Below, piece by piece: positions 1-9,878 of a DNA stretch of 33,342 nt (its first letter is position 1; every line of letters begins with the position of its first letter). The stretch covers positions 1-33,342 of the forward strand of contig JBMFOP010000025.1 of NCBI GenBank assembly GCA_049969675.1. The letters run 5' to 3'. Origin of the DNA: Myxococcota bacterium. GTDB taxonomy: Bacteria; Myxococcota; SpSt-1050. A program made the translations under genes and the position numbers. The notes beneath the pieces were generated by a model. The model made no database searches. It worked only from the letters and a program-made list of their open reading frames with translations, and was not told the DNA's origin.

Positions 1-159
1 AAGAGAGAGGGCATTTTACATTAAAAAATCTGTATTACCTAAAATTGACACAACAATCTCCCAACCCACTGGTTTTACATAATTTTTTTACATCCAGTGC
101 GCAACTTGGGTTAATGATCTTTTATGTCATTCTGAGCGAATGCGAGTAAACCTGCTTGT

Positions 160-3100
160 CTATGATAGAAGGAGTTCCAGATCCTCTTTCTTAAGGTTAC
201 GGATAAGGCTATTATCAGTATTGATGATTGCCTCTGCAAGATCACGTTTCGTCTTCTGAAGCTCAAGCACCTTTTCTTCCACTGTATCCCTTGCAATGAT
301 ACGATAGGCAAATACCTTTTTCGTCTGCCCGATCCGGTGGGTTCTATCAATAGCCTGAGCCTCCACGGCAGGATTCCACCAGGGATCCAGTAGATAAACA
401 TATTCAGCCTCTGTAAGGTTTAATCCAAGACCACCTGCCTTGAGGCTGATCAGGAATAGTCTGCAATCGGGGTTATTCTGGAATCTTTCAACAACCGACT
501 TTCTATCGCGTGTCTGTCCATCAAGGTATATATATGGAATCATCTGTTTATCCAATTCCTCACGAAGAATAGAAAGAAAGCTTGTAAATTGTGAAAAGAC
601 TAAGGCCTTATGCTCTTTCAAAACCTGTTCAAGCTGTAAGAGCAGGATTTCAAGTTTTGTGCTGGGATAGGTTCTTTTAGATTTGTCAATGAGTCCTGGA
701 TGACAGGCTGCCTGTCGTAACCTAAGGAGTGCCTCAAGAATCTGAATCTTTGACCTATTTATCCCATCTTGTTCCACCTGATGAAGTAGTGTCTGACGGT
801 AATGGTCTCTTAACTCATTATAGAGTTTCTTCTGTATTGACTCAAGGTCGCAATAGAGTGTCTGCTCAAACTTTTCTGGAAGTTCAGAGGCAACCTGCCC
901 CTTTGTTCGGCGAAGAATGAAGGGCCTGAGAGCCTTTCCGAGTAACTCCCGCGTCTCAGGGTCAGGGTTTCTTGAGCCAGTCCCTGTCAATTTAAATACA
1001 GAAGCAGACCCCAACATACCGGGGTTTAAAAATTCAAAAAGGCTCCATAACTCTCCAAGGTGATTTTCAATTGGAGTTCCACTTAGCACCAACCGATGTT
1101 TGGCATTAATAAGGCGAGCTGCTTTGGCTGATTGGGTATTGGCATTTTTGATCATCTGGCCCTCGTCAAGAATACAGTAGTCAAACTTAACATCCTTAAA
1201 TTCAATGGCATCTCTTCTCAATGTCCCATAGGTTGTAATGATAAGGTCATAATTCTCAAAATGCTCCCCAGGCTTTAGCCGGTTGGAACCTGTATGATCA
1301 AGGATTTTTAATTGAGGGGTAAAGCGTTTAGCCTCCTCTATCCAGTTAAAAACAAGCGACTTTGGAGCAACTACAAGGGAGGGGCCCAAAACTTCATTCG
1401 TTTTGTTTGAATCTACTCCATCCTGAACTCTGCAGTTTATGGCTATCCTTTTCTGTCTCCTCTCTTCAAGCATGGCAAGAACCTGGATGGTTTTACCCAG
1501 ACCCATATCATCTGCGAGGCATCCTCCAAAACCAAATCTTTCAAGAAAGTGGATCCAGCCCAATCCATCCTTCTGATATGCCCTTAAATTTCCTAAAAAG
1601 CCTTCTGGAGGGTCACATGGCTTTATACCTTCAAAACTCATCAGTTCTTTTCTTAAACGCTCAAATAATTCATCACATCTGGATTCTGGCTGTGAAGAGA
1701 GCAATGCATCAAGAATTCCCACCTGTGAGCGTAAAAAACGGATGTGGTTATCCTGTGCCTTTCCAATGGATGAAAGCATACCATATTTTTTAATCCATTC
1801 CTCTGGAATCATCCCAAATGTCCCATCATCGAGAGTAACTACATTCTCTCCTCGTTTTATTGCTGAAAGCAATTCAGGCAGTTTCACAACCCTATCGTCA
1901 AATCTGAGCTCCCCATGCAATTCAAACCAGTCAATCCCGGTGGTTACAGAAAGGTTGAACGCACCTGGTATTCTATATACCTTACCTTCTGCCTCAATAT
2001 GCCACCCCAAGGCAATTAGTTCTTTTACTGCTCGGGGAAGATTTCTTGGTGTGACCTCCCTTCTTAAATTACCATAAGAATAGACCTCTCTAAATCCCAA
2101 ACCTCTAAGTCTCCTCCATGACTCATCTTCAAAGGCTCTATCTCTCATAATTAATCTACGTGGATTTTCAATAAGGAATCCTTGAGAGGTATCTTCATAA
2201 GGAATGATGTGTCCATCATAGTCAAATGATAGCTCCCATCTTAAACGATCATTATCCTGGGTATCCCTTCTCTCTTGGGCTAAGATTTTGAGCCTCGGTT
2301 TTGGGTTCATATGAATCTCTTCATATTGCAATTCCTCAGGAAGGATGAGCCTTGGGAGATATGGCATTGATATTAACTCTTTTATAAATAGTTCTACATC
2401 ACTATCTAAAATAGTAATTTTCTTTTGATTTCTTAAGAACAAAATCCAATCAATGGCCCTTTTATCAAGTAGCCTGTAAACCCTGCCTTCAAAGAGAAAG
2501 ATGCCCCCCGAGAAAAAATGGGTGGTTTTTTCTAAGGCAATCCTTTCACTCCCCCGCTTAAGATAACCTTTAAGACAATAGGACTTTCCCTTTCTTTCTC
2601 CCTCTACACTCAAGAAAAATTCCCACGGTTCTCCATCATCCCATTGAAGGGGGGTCCCTTCTATCTCATAGTTCGCATTCCTCAGAAAACATCGCCCCGT
2701 CTGCGAGATAATCCTCATCAGATATTCCTGCATGAGTCCCGAAATAGGAAAACAAAGGATATCTTCTCTGAAATAATTAGAATAGCTATAAAAGTAACTT
2801 CTGGAGTCCCGTTTCCCAATGAGATGGGCAATGATTTTCTGATCTTCATGGCTACTAATATTTTCAAGCTTAAAAGATGAGGCATAAAAAGATTTTATCT
2901 CCCCCCATTGGCCATTCTTCTTCATCTGTCTGTACGAAACCTCAATTGCCAAATCCCTCCCTTCATTGCTTTTAGAGATATCAACCAGATAGAGTATTTG
3001 CTTATCCCCATCCAGACGACCTCCCTCATTCCTTTTCTTTGATAATGTATTTTTTAAAGATTCAAAAAGTCCCTTCCAGATAGTTGGATTTTTAAATTGG

Positions 3101-3555
3101 AAAGATTCTCTCTCTTTTGTTTGAGGGATATAGGGCTTAGAAAAAATGATTGATGGCACATCATCTTCATCCTCCCAATCCTCAAATTCTTCAAAATCCT
3201 CCTCTTCATCTTCAAAAAATGGCTTTATATTATATTCCATCTTGATATGTAGTGGATCGGTCGTACTTTCAGCTCTTAGATAACCCTGACTCTCAGCAGA
3301 AAGGAGAGCTGCCCAGATGTGCTTACAGGGCCCCATTTTACCTTCAAAATAGGGGCAACTACAATAGACAAACACTGTATCTGTGTTATATTCTCTATAT
3401 AAACACACTTTGTATTTAATAGTTCCAGTCACTGTTGCGCGGAGTTCAATTTCATCTCCATAGTGAATCTTTACAGCCCCATTCCTGTAATAGGTATACC
3501 CCCTATTTTTTACCTTTTTATTAAAATAAGACGCTAAATAGGTTGTAAACGCCAT
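160..3555 (-). CDS. SWIM zinc-finger SNF2-family helicase/ATPase
   Basis: SWIM motif CSC...CKH; acidic linker; SNF2 motifs LADDMGLGKT, ILDEGQ, LSGTPIEN, VFSQF, LKAGGLGLNLT, QAIDRTHRIGQ; 1131 aa. Confidence 0.95.
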   Translation of the reverse strand: MAFTTYLASYFNKKVKNRGYTYYRNGAVKIHYGDEIELRATVTGTIKYKVCLYREYNTDTVFVYCSCPYFEGKMGPCKHIWAALLSAESQGYLRAESTTDPLHIKMEYNIKPFFEDEEEDFEEFEDWEDEDDVPSIIFSKPYIPQTKERESFQFKNPTIWKGLFESLKNTLSKKRNEGGRLDGDKQILYLVDISKSNEGRDLAIEVSYRQMKKNGQWGEIKSFYASSFKLENISSHEDQKIIAHLIGKRDSRSYFYSYSNYFREDILCFPISGLMQEYLMRIISQTGRCFLRNANYEIEGTPLQWDDGEPWEFFLSVEGERKGKSYCLKGYLKRGSERIALEKTTHFFSGGIFLFEGRVYRLLDKRAIDWILFLRNQKKITILDSDVELFIKELISMPYLPRLILPEELQYEEIHMNPKPRLKILAQERRDTQDNDRLRWELSFDYDGHIIPYEDTSQGFLIENPRRLIMRDRAFEDESWRRLRGLGFREVYSYGNLRREVTPRNLPRAVKELIALGWHIEAEGKVYRIPGAFNLSVTTGIDWFELHGELRFDDRVVKLPELLSAIKRGENVVTLDDGTFGMIPEEWIKKYGMLSSIGKAQDNHIRFLRSQVGILDALLSSQPESRCDELFERLRKELMSFEGIKPCDPPEGFLGNLRAYQKDGLGWIHFLERFGFGGCLADDMGLGKTIQVLAMLEERRQKRIAINCRVQDGVDSNKTNEVLGPSLVVAPKSLVFNWIEEAKRFTPQLKILDHTGSNRLKPGEHFENYDLIITTYGTLRRDAIEFKDVKFDYCILDEGQMIKNANTQSAKAARLINAKHRLVLSGTPIENHLGELWSLFEFLNPGMLGSASVFKLTGTGSRNPDPETRELLGKALRPFILRRTKGQVASELPEKFEQTLYCDLESIQKKLYNELRDHYRQTLLHQVEQDGINRSKIQILEALLRLRQAACHPGLIDKSKRTYPSTKLEILLLQLEQVLKEHKALVFSQFTSFLSILREELDKQMIPYIYLDGQTRDRKSVVERFQNNPDCRLFLISLKAGGLGLNLTEAEYVYLLDPWWNPAVEAQAIDRTHRIGQTKKVFAYRIIARDTVEEKVLELQKTKRDLAEAIINTDNSLIRNLKKEDLELLLS

Positions 3556-3937
3556 TTCTTAAGAGTTGTAGTTATGGTTTCCTCAAAACTATCTAATATT
3601 CATATACAACATCCCACGACCTGTTAAGAGGTTTCTATCTCTCTATTCCAATAACATAATTGGTAGCGTAACAAATAGTTGACCAATTGAATATATACTC
3701 ATCCTCATCTCCCTGACCTATTTATTTAGATATAAAATAAATTTATTTTTGTCAAATCTTCTTTTCTTACATCCTTCACATCTCATAAATTTCCTGCTTT
3801 ACCTTCAATCTTAAAAAGATATATCCTTTATCTCTTTTTAAACATTTTAAACATCAAATCCGTTATAGTAATATCCCTCTCTAATCCTAACTACTGATAA
3901 TGCACTCGCCTCTGACCACTGCAAAAACCAGAAATAA

Positions 3938-4048
3938 CTATCTCCTGAAAAATTTGTAAGATAGGTTTTCTAAAAGAGATGATAATCTTCTCTGGGGATC
4001 TGGTTCATCAATATCAAGTGTAATAGTAGTAGGGATACATATTTTCAT
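3938..4048 (-). pseudogene. 36-codon ORF behind a perfect Shine-Dalgarno; small protein or decayed (possibly transposase) gene 5' end
   Basis: AAGGAGGT followed by ATG at 4048; reads MKICIPTTITLDIDEPDPQRRLSSLLENLSYKFFRR*; downstream frames are broken. Confidence 0.3.
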
Positions 4049-4228
4049 AATATTTACCTCCTTGCCTCTATTTTAATAATAGATAAAGGATGAGGTCAAG
4101 AGTTTGTTGCGCAACCAATAATTTTGTATAAAACTAACTCTCAAATCGCAAGACGGGATTTGTATTTACCATAACCTGCGCTATTTTTCACAGGAATATA
4201 AACTTACTAAAAACATATTCTCATCTGA

Positions 4229-5047
4229 CTATGAATTTTTGAGGAATTTTACCGCATTCTTAAATATCTTCAACCCGTCGCCTTCTTCGGGAAGTCTCTC
4301 TCTAAACCATCTCGGGTGATTTGTATAATGCAGGAATGCCTCGGGGTGAGGCATAAGACCGAATACCCTGCCATCCTTGCTGCATATACCTGCGATCCCT
4401 ATTATAGAGCCATTCGGGTTATCGGGATAGTCCATTGTGTAATTTTTATCACCTTTTTTTATATACTGAATTACAATCTGATTATCGCTTATTAATCTAT
4501 TGAGTGTATCCTCACTATCTGTAAGAAATCTGCCCTCTCCATGTCTGACGGGGAGATATAACTCATCCAGTCCTCTTGTAAAAATGCATTGAGAATTTTT
4601 GTTTACCTTCAGATATACCCACCTATCTTCAAACCTTCCACTCTTGTTGAATGTGAGAGTAACTCTCTGCTCTGTATAGTTCCCGTCAAAGCCGGGGAGA
4701 AGACCTAATTTAACTAGAAGCTGGAATCCATTACACACACCAATAATAAGTCCTCCTCTGTTGATGAATCTGAGAATGCTATCTATCAGTCGCTCATTGG
4801 TCCCGTCTATCTTTGCAAATCTGAACCTCACAGCACCTGCCCTTGCAGAGCCAAGATTATCTCCATCCAGAAATCCACCTGCAAAATTTATAAAATTGTA
4901 GTCTTCAAGATTGACATCTCCACTTAGAATGGAGAATATATTTACTATATCCACTCTGTCTGCTCCAGCGAGTCTCAGGGCGTATGACATCTCCATCTCA
5001 CAATTAATACCATTACCAGAGATTACTATTGCATTTGCTCTTCCCAT
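4229..5047 (-). CDS. purQ: FGAM synthase glutaminase subunit PurQ
   Basis: GINCE, GGFLDGD, nucleophile GVCNGFQ, RHGEG, MPHPE; adjacent to purL. Confidence 0.96.
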   Translation of the reverse strand: MGRANAIVISGNGINCEMEMSYALRLAGADRVDIVNIFSILSGDVNLEDYNFINFAGGFLDGDNLGSARAGAVRFRFAKIDGTNERLIDSILRFINRGGLIIGVCNGFQLLVKLGLLPGFDGNYTEQRVTLTFNKSGRFEDRWVYLKVNKNSQCIFTRGLDELYLPVRHGEGRFLTDSEDTLNRLISDNQIVIQYIKKGDKNYTMDYPDNPNGSIIGIAGICSKDGRVFGLMPHPEAFLHYTNHPRWFRERLPEEGDGLKIFKNAVKFLKNS

Positions 5048-5053
5048 ATTACC

Positions 5054-8044
5054 TCAAAAATCAAGTGTTTTAATAAATGAATCTTTGAGCCTCTTTATAT
5101 CTTCGTCCAATAATATCTTTTTCCCTCGTTTAATAATTAGCCTCTCTGAATCATTGACCTCACCTATTAATGCATAAGGGATGCCCTTGATTAATCTTTC
5201 AAATTCTTCTCTATCCTTCTGCTCAATTGAGATGATAAATCTGCCCGGTGTTTCAGAGAATAGGATGAAATCCTCTCTCATATCCAGGGTCCTCGGGACA
5301 TTATCTATATCTACCTCGGCACCCAGACATCCAGCAAAGGAGGACTCTGCAACCGCTACAGCCAGACCTCCATCACTTATATCATGACAGGACCTGATGA
5401 GTCGCATCTTCATTAAGTTGTGAAGTCTAAAGAAGATCTCCCTATTTACCTCTTTGTGTGGGAGAGGAACCTCGGTCTCAGATTCTTTGCCCATAAGATA
5501 GAGATACTCTGAATAAGCCATTCTAAAATCTGTAAGTCCAATTATATAAATGATGTCTCCGACCTTCTTAAAGTCCATAGAGACTGCATTTCTTACATCC
5601 TCTATCCTGCCTATAATAGAGAAGAGCAGAGTGGGCAGGACAGATATCTTGATATTCCCAAAGAGATAGTCATTCTTCATTGAATCTTTGCCTGATATAA
5701 GTGGAATTCCGTAGTATGTGCAGATATCATAAACAGCCTTATTTGCCCTTACAAGCTGTGCGAGTTTGAATCTACCATCAGGATTCTTCTCCGATTCTAC
5801 CGGGTCGGGCCAGCAGAAGTTGTCAAGACCAGCCATATGCTCCGGGTCACCACCCACTGCAATAAAATTTCTTACCGCCTCATCTATCGCACAGGCAGCC
5901 ATTGAGTAAGTATCCTGATTGGAGTATCTTGGAATAATTCCGTGACTGACTACCACACCTTCAAAAGAATCAAGGTCTGGTCTAACAATTGCAGCATCAG
6001 ATGGCCCATCATTCTCAGCACCTACAAGTGGCTTCAGGACTGAGCCACCCTGAACCTCATGGTCATATTGCCTCACGAAGTAATGCTTGCTACAGATATT
6101 TAAAGAACCCAATAATCTATGTAGCACATTTAAGAGGTCTGATGGCATCTCAAGTGAACAGGGTTTTATTCTTCTACTCTTCCACTCCGCCACAAGTCTC
6201 ATCTGTTTATTCCCATTGTGTAGAAAGTCCAGATTTACATAACCTACATGTTCATCCCCATATTTGATATCAAAATATCCACTCCTGGTAAATCTGCCCA
6301 ATACAGTTGATTCAACCTTGAATTTCTTTGATAGGGATAAAAATTCATCAATTGTATCAGGTGGTACCACCACTGTCATCCTCTCCTGAGATTCCGAAAT
6401 CAGAATCTCGTATGGCTTAAGCCCCTGATACTTGAGTGGCGCCCTCTTAAGATCTATCTCGGCACCACCCACCAGGGCAGCAAGCTCTCCAACAGAACTC
6501 GAGAGCCCACCAGCCCCATTATCTGTAAGTGTCCTGTAGAGACATAGATCCCTCGCAAGGAGTAGAAAATCGCTCATACGTTTCTGCGTGATGGGGTCGC
6601 CTATCTGAACCGCCGTAGATGGTGAGCCGCTGTGCAGCTCTTCAGAGCTAAATGTCGCACCGTGAATGCCGTCTGCCCCGATTCTCCCTCCCACCATTAC
6701 TATCAGGTCTCCTTCTCTTATCTCTTTGGATTCACCGGGCTCTTTACATACCTCGCGGGGCAATAATCCCGCCGTTCCACAGAAGACGAGAGGCTTCCCG
6801 AGATATGAGTCATCAAAGACGACAGAACCGTTGACTGTAGGAATTCCACTCTTATTACCGCCATGCTCCACACCCTCTCGAACGCCTTCAAGTATCCTCA
6901 GTGGATGCAAAATCCTTGGAGGGAGTGGCTTATTATAAAATGGAGATGCAAAACAGAAGACATCAGTATTAAAAATCAGTTTTGAACCTTTCCCAGTTCC
7001 AAGAGGGTCTCTATTCACACCTACAATACCTGTTAGTGCACCACCATAGGGGTCAAGTGCAGATGGTGAATTGTGAGTCTCAACCTTAAATACCAGATTA
7101 TATCGTTCATTAAATCTTATTACACCTGCATTATCCGAGAATACTGAGACGCAGATATCCTTCTCCCCCTTCTCAGCCCTTACCTCCTCTGTGGTCCTCT
7201 TAATAAATGTCTTAAAGAGGGAATTTATATCTTCGGTCTTACCTGTATCAGCATCTGTATATTTAATTGCTGCATTGAATATCTTGTGTTTGCAATGTTC
7301 ACTCCATGTCTGGGCTATACACTCCAGCTCCACATCTGTGATATTCTCGGATATCCCCATCCGCCTTCTGATACCTCTCACCTCCGGGTCACTAAAATAA
7401 TCTCTGATTGTCTTCAACTCCTCCAGATTCAATACAAGTGTCCTCTCCCTGGAGAGCCTCTGTAGCTCCTCATCACTCATTCTGGACAGGTCAAAGACCT
7501 TTACCTCTACACTCTCTTTCAACTCTACGACTGGGAACCAGCTCAAGATGGCTCTGTCCTTTTTTATAAGCTCATCATAAGAGTAAATCCTGAAGCCCTG
7601 AATGAGTTCATTGCAGAGAATATCCTTTGCGATCCGTTCAACCTCTCTTTTTGATACCCCCTTTGAACTAATTGCGTAACCTCGTGAATAAAAGACCCTA
7701 AAATTGACATCAGAGGAGAGTTCAAGAGCCACACTGATTGCCTCCTCTGCGGTCCTGCCCACATCATCGGTGACACCCGGGAGGAGTCCTACTTCCAGAT
7801 AGAAATCAAAGTTCTCAAAGACTACCCTGTCAATAACATATTGATGAATAACCTTATCAAGCAGGACCTCTCTTGCAATAAAATCAAGTCTTTCATAATC
7901 AAGCTCAAGCCCAATATTATATATATCCGATGTCCGTATCTGCTCAATATCTAAATTCAGGTCTCTTTTTATCCTTTTGACAAGCCTCTCACCCGAGACA
8001 TCCAATTCCGGTCCCCTGACACAAATCTCTATTCTATGTGGCAT
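5054..8044 (-). CDS. purL: FGAM synthase PurL with N-terminal PurS-like segments
   Basis: QTWSEHCKHKIF, KVETHNSPS, DNGAGG, SESQERM, QYDHEV, ISGKDS, HDISDGGL, FSETPGR; 996 aa. Confidence 0.96.
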   Translation of the reverse strand: MPHRIEICVRGPELDVSGERLVKRIKRDLNLDIEQIRTSDIYNIGLELDYERLDFIAREVLLDKVIHQYVIDRVVFENFDFYLEVGLLPGVTDDVGRTAEEAISVALELSSDVNFRVFYSRGYAISSKGVSKREVERIAKDILCNELIQGFRIYSYDELIKKDRAILSWFPVVELKESVEVKVFDLSRMSDEELQRLSRERTLVLNLEELKTIRDYFSDPEVRGIRRRMGISENITDVELECIAQTWSEHCKHKIFNAAIKYTDADTGKTEDINSLFKTFIKRTTEEVRAEKGEKDICVSVFSDNAGVIRFNERYNLVFKVETHNSPSALDPYGGALTGIVGVNRDPLGTGKGSKLIFNTDVFCFASPFYNKPLPPRILHPLRILEGVREGVEHGGNKSGIPTVNGSVVFDDSYLGKPLVFCGTAGLLPREVCKEPGESKEIREGDLIVMVGGRIGADGIHGATFSSEELHSGSPSTAVQIGDPITQKRMSDFLLLARDLCLYRTLTDNGAGGLSSSVGELAALVGGAEIDLKRAPLKYQGLKPYEILISESQERMTVVVPPDTIDEFLSLSKKFKVESTVLGRFTRSGYFDIKYGDEHVGYVNLDFLHNGNKQMRLVAEWKSRRIKPCSLEMPSDLLNVLHRLLGSLNICSKHYFVRQYDHEVQGGSVLKPLVGAENDGPSDAAIVRPDLDSFEGVVVSHGIIPRYSNQDTYSMAACAIDEAVRNFIAVGGDPEHMAGLDNFCWPDPVESEKNPDGRFKLAQLVRANKAVYDICTYYGIPLISGKDSMKNDYLFGNIKISVLPTLLFSIIGRIEDVRNAVSMDFKKVGDIIYIIGLTDFRMAYSEYLYLMGKESETEVPLPHKEVNREIFFRLHNLMKMRLIRSCHDISDGGLAVAVAESSFAGCLGAEVDIDNVPRTLDMREDFILFSETPGRFIISIEQKDREEFERLIKGIPYALIGEVNDSERLIIKRGKKILLDEDIKRLKDSFIKTLDF

Positions 8045-8047
8045 ATA

Positions 8048-9868
8048 TTATCCTTTATTCAAAAGACTTTTGCACATCTTATGAATTCTCTTAAATACCT
8101 CAGACTCTGATAATAACTGCTCAAGATTCTTCTCACTGATTGCCTTCTCAATATTCTCCTTTGACCTCTTAATCTTTGTCAGAATCTCCTTTAAGAACTC
8201 GTCCTTTTCAAGTGTTGCTGTGAGCTCGGTGACCATCCGGTCAACTTCAGCTATCATCCTCTTTACCTCATATCTACACTTTTCAAAATCCTCACCAGTC
8301 TTTGACTCCAATAGATAGTCTCTATTCTCCTCCGCCATCCTCTGAATCTCCTCATCCGTGAGTCCAGATGTAGCGGTTACAATAATCTCCTGCTTGAATC
8401 CAGTCTTCACATCCTTTGCTGATACAAGGACTATCCCATCCGAATTAATTTCAAATACCACCTCTATCTCAACCGAACCTCGCGGTCCCTTTCTCAATCC
8501 ATTGAGAATAAACTCTCCAAGAAGCTCATTCTCCTCACACCTCTTACTCTCCCCCTGAAGGACGATTATCTTTACCTGCTCCTGATTATCTTTTACAGTA
8601 GTAAAGATTCTGGACTTTTTGGCTGGAACAGCAGTATTCTTCTCAATAAGCGGGCTGAAATATCCTCCTGCAACCATTATCCCGAGCGAATGTGATGTTA
8701 CATCTACCAGCTTTGCCATACCCTTTGTGTTCTGCATCATATATCCTTTTATTGCTGCACCTATCGCTACCGCCTCATCTGGATGAATCCTCTTGGATGG
8801 GTCTATTCCAAAATATTCCTTCACCATTCTTGCCACCATTGGCATCCTGCTCTGACCACCCACAAGCAAAACATCTTTTATAGTAGATTTCAAAATATTG
8901 GCTGACTTAAATGCCATATCACATATTGAAAATGTCTTTTCAATAATGGTCTTGCTTATCTCCTCCAGAAAATCTCTCGTGAGTGTAACTTTCAGATGAA
9001 TAGGATTATTCTTTGAATCAGTCGCTATAAATGGAATACTTATCTCGGTAGATGTAAGAATAGAGAGGTCACACTTTGCCTTCTCAGATGCCTCTTTTAG
9101 TCTCTGAATAGCCACGGCGTCCAGTCTCAGGTCAATACCGTGCTCCTGCATAAATGTACTTATACAGTAGTCCATTATACGATTGTCAATATCTTCACCT
9201 CCTAAAAATGAATCACCAGCAGTAGATATCACCTTGAAATTTTCACCCGCAACATCCACAATGGAGATATCAAAAGTCCCTCCCCCAATATCATAAACGG
9301 CAATTCTACGATTTATATTCTTCCCATAACCATATGCAAGTGCCGCGGCGGTAGGTTCATTGATAATCGCCTCCACTTCAAGCCCGGCGATAGTACCTGC
9401 ATCACGGGTTGCCTGCCTCTGGGCATCATTGAAATATGCGGGGACAGTAATTACTGCCTTTGTGACCGTCTCGTTTAGATATGACTCTGCTATAAGCCTC
9501 ATCTCCTGCAATATCATAGAGGAGATCTCTGGAATTGAATATACCCTCCCCCTCAACTCCACCCTTACATCCCCATTTGGACCCTGCACAAGTTTATAAG
9601 GCACCATATTCTTGATTCTCTGAACAATCTCTGAATCATATCTCCTGCCTATCAACCTCTTTGCTGCATAGATAGTATGTTCGGCATTTGTTACTACCTG
9701 TCTCTTTGCAGTATAGCCGACGAGACGTTTATCATTGTCAGAGATCGCTACAATAGATGGAGTAGTCTTATAACCGCCCTTATTCGGGATAACGACTGGC
9801 TGACCATCTTTATAGACAGCTACACAGGAATTGGTAGTCCCTAAATCTATACCTACAATATACGGCAT
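8048..9868 (-). CDS. dnaK: Hsp70/DnaK-family chaperone (divergent paralog)
   Basis: GIDLGTTNS, TVPAYFND, INEPTAAALAYG, DIGGGTFDIS, LGGED, LLVGGQSRMP; divergent linker; no grpE/dnaJ alongside. Confidence 0.9.
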   Translation of the reverse strand: MPYIVGIDLGTTNSCVAVYKDGQPVVIPNKGGYKTTPSIVAISDNDKRLVGYTAKRQVVTNAEHTIYAAKRLIGRRYDSEIVQRIKNMVPYKLVQGPNGDVRVELRGRVYSIPEISSMILQEMRLIAESYLNETVTKAVITVPAYFNDAQRQATRDAGTIAGLEVEAIINEPTAAALAYGYGKNINRRIAVYDIGGGTFDISIVDVAGENFKVISTAGDSFLGGEDIDNRIMDYCISTFMQEHGIDLRLDAVAIQRLKEASEKAKCDLSILTSTEISIPFIATDSKNNPIHLKVTLTRDFLEEISKTIIEKTFSICDMAFKSANILKSTIKDVLLVGGQSRMPMVARMVKEYFGIDPSKRIHPDEAVAIGAAIKGYMMQNTKGMAKLVDVTSHSLGIMVAGGYFSPLIEKNTAVPAKKSRIFTTVKDNQEQVKIIVLQGESKRCEENELLGEFILNGLRKGPRGSVEIEVVFEINSDGIVLVSAKDVKTGFKQEIIVTATSGLTDEEIQRMAEENRDYLLESKTGEDFEKCRYEVKRMIAEVDRMVTELTATLEKDEFLKEILTKIKRSKENIEKAISEKNLEQLLSESEVFKRIHKMCKSLLNKG

Positions 9869-9878
9869 CTTATCGCCC

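Noticed and set aside
3734..3749. 16-bp perfect palindrome AAAATAAATTTATTTT next to TTGACA
   Set aside because: Pure A/T in an AT-rich spacer with no well-spaced -10; may be chance.
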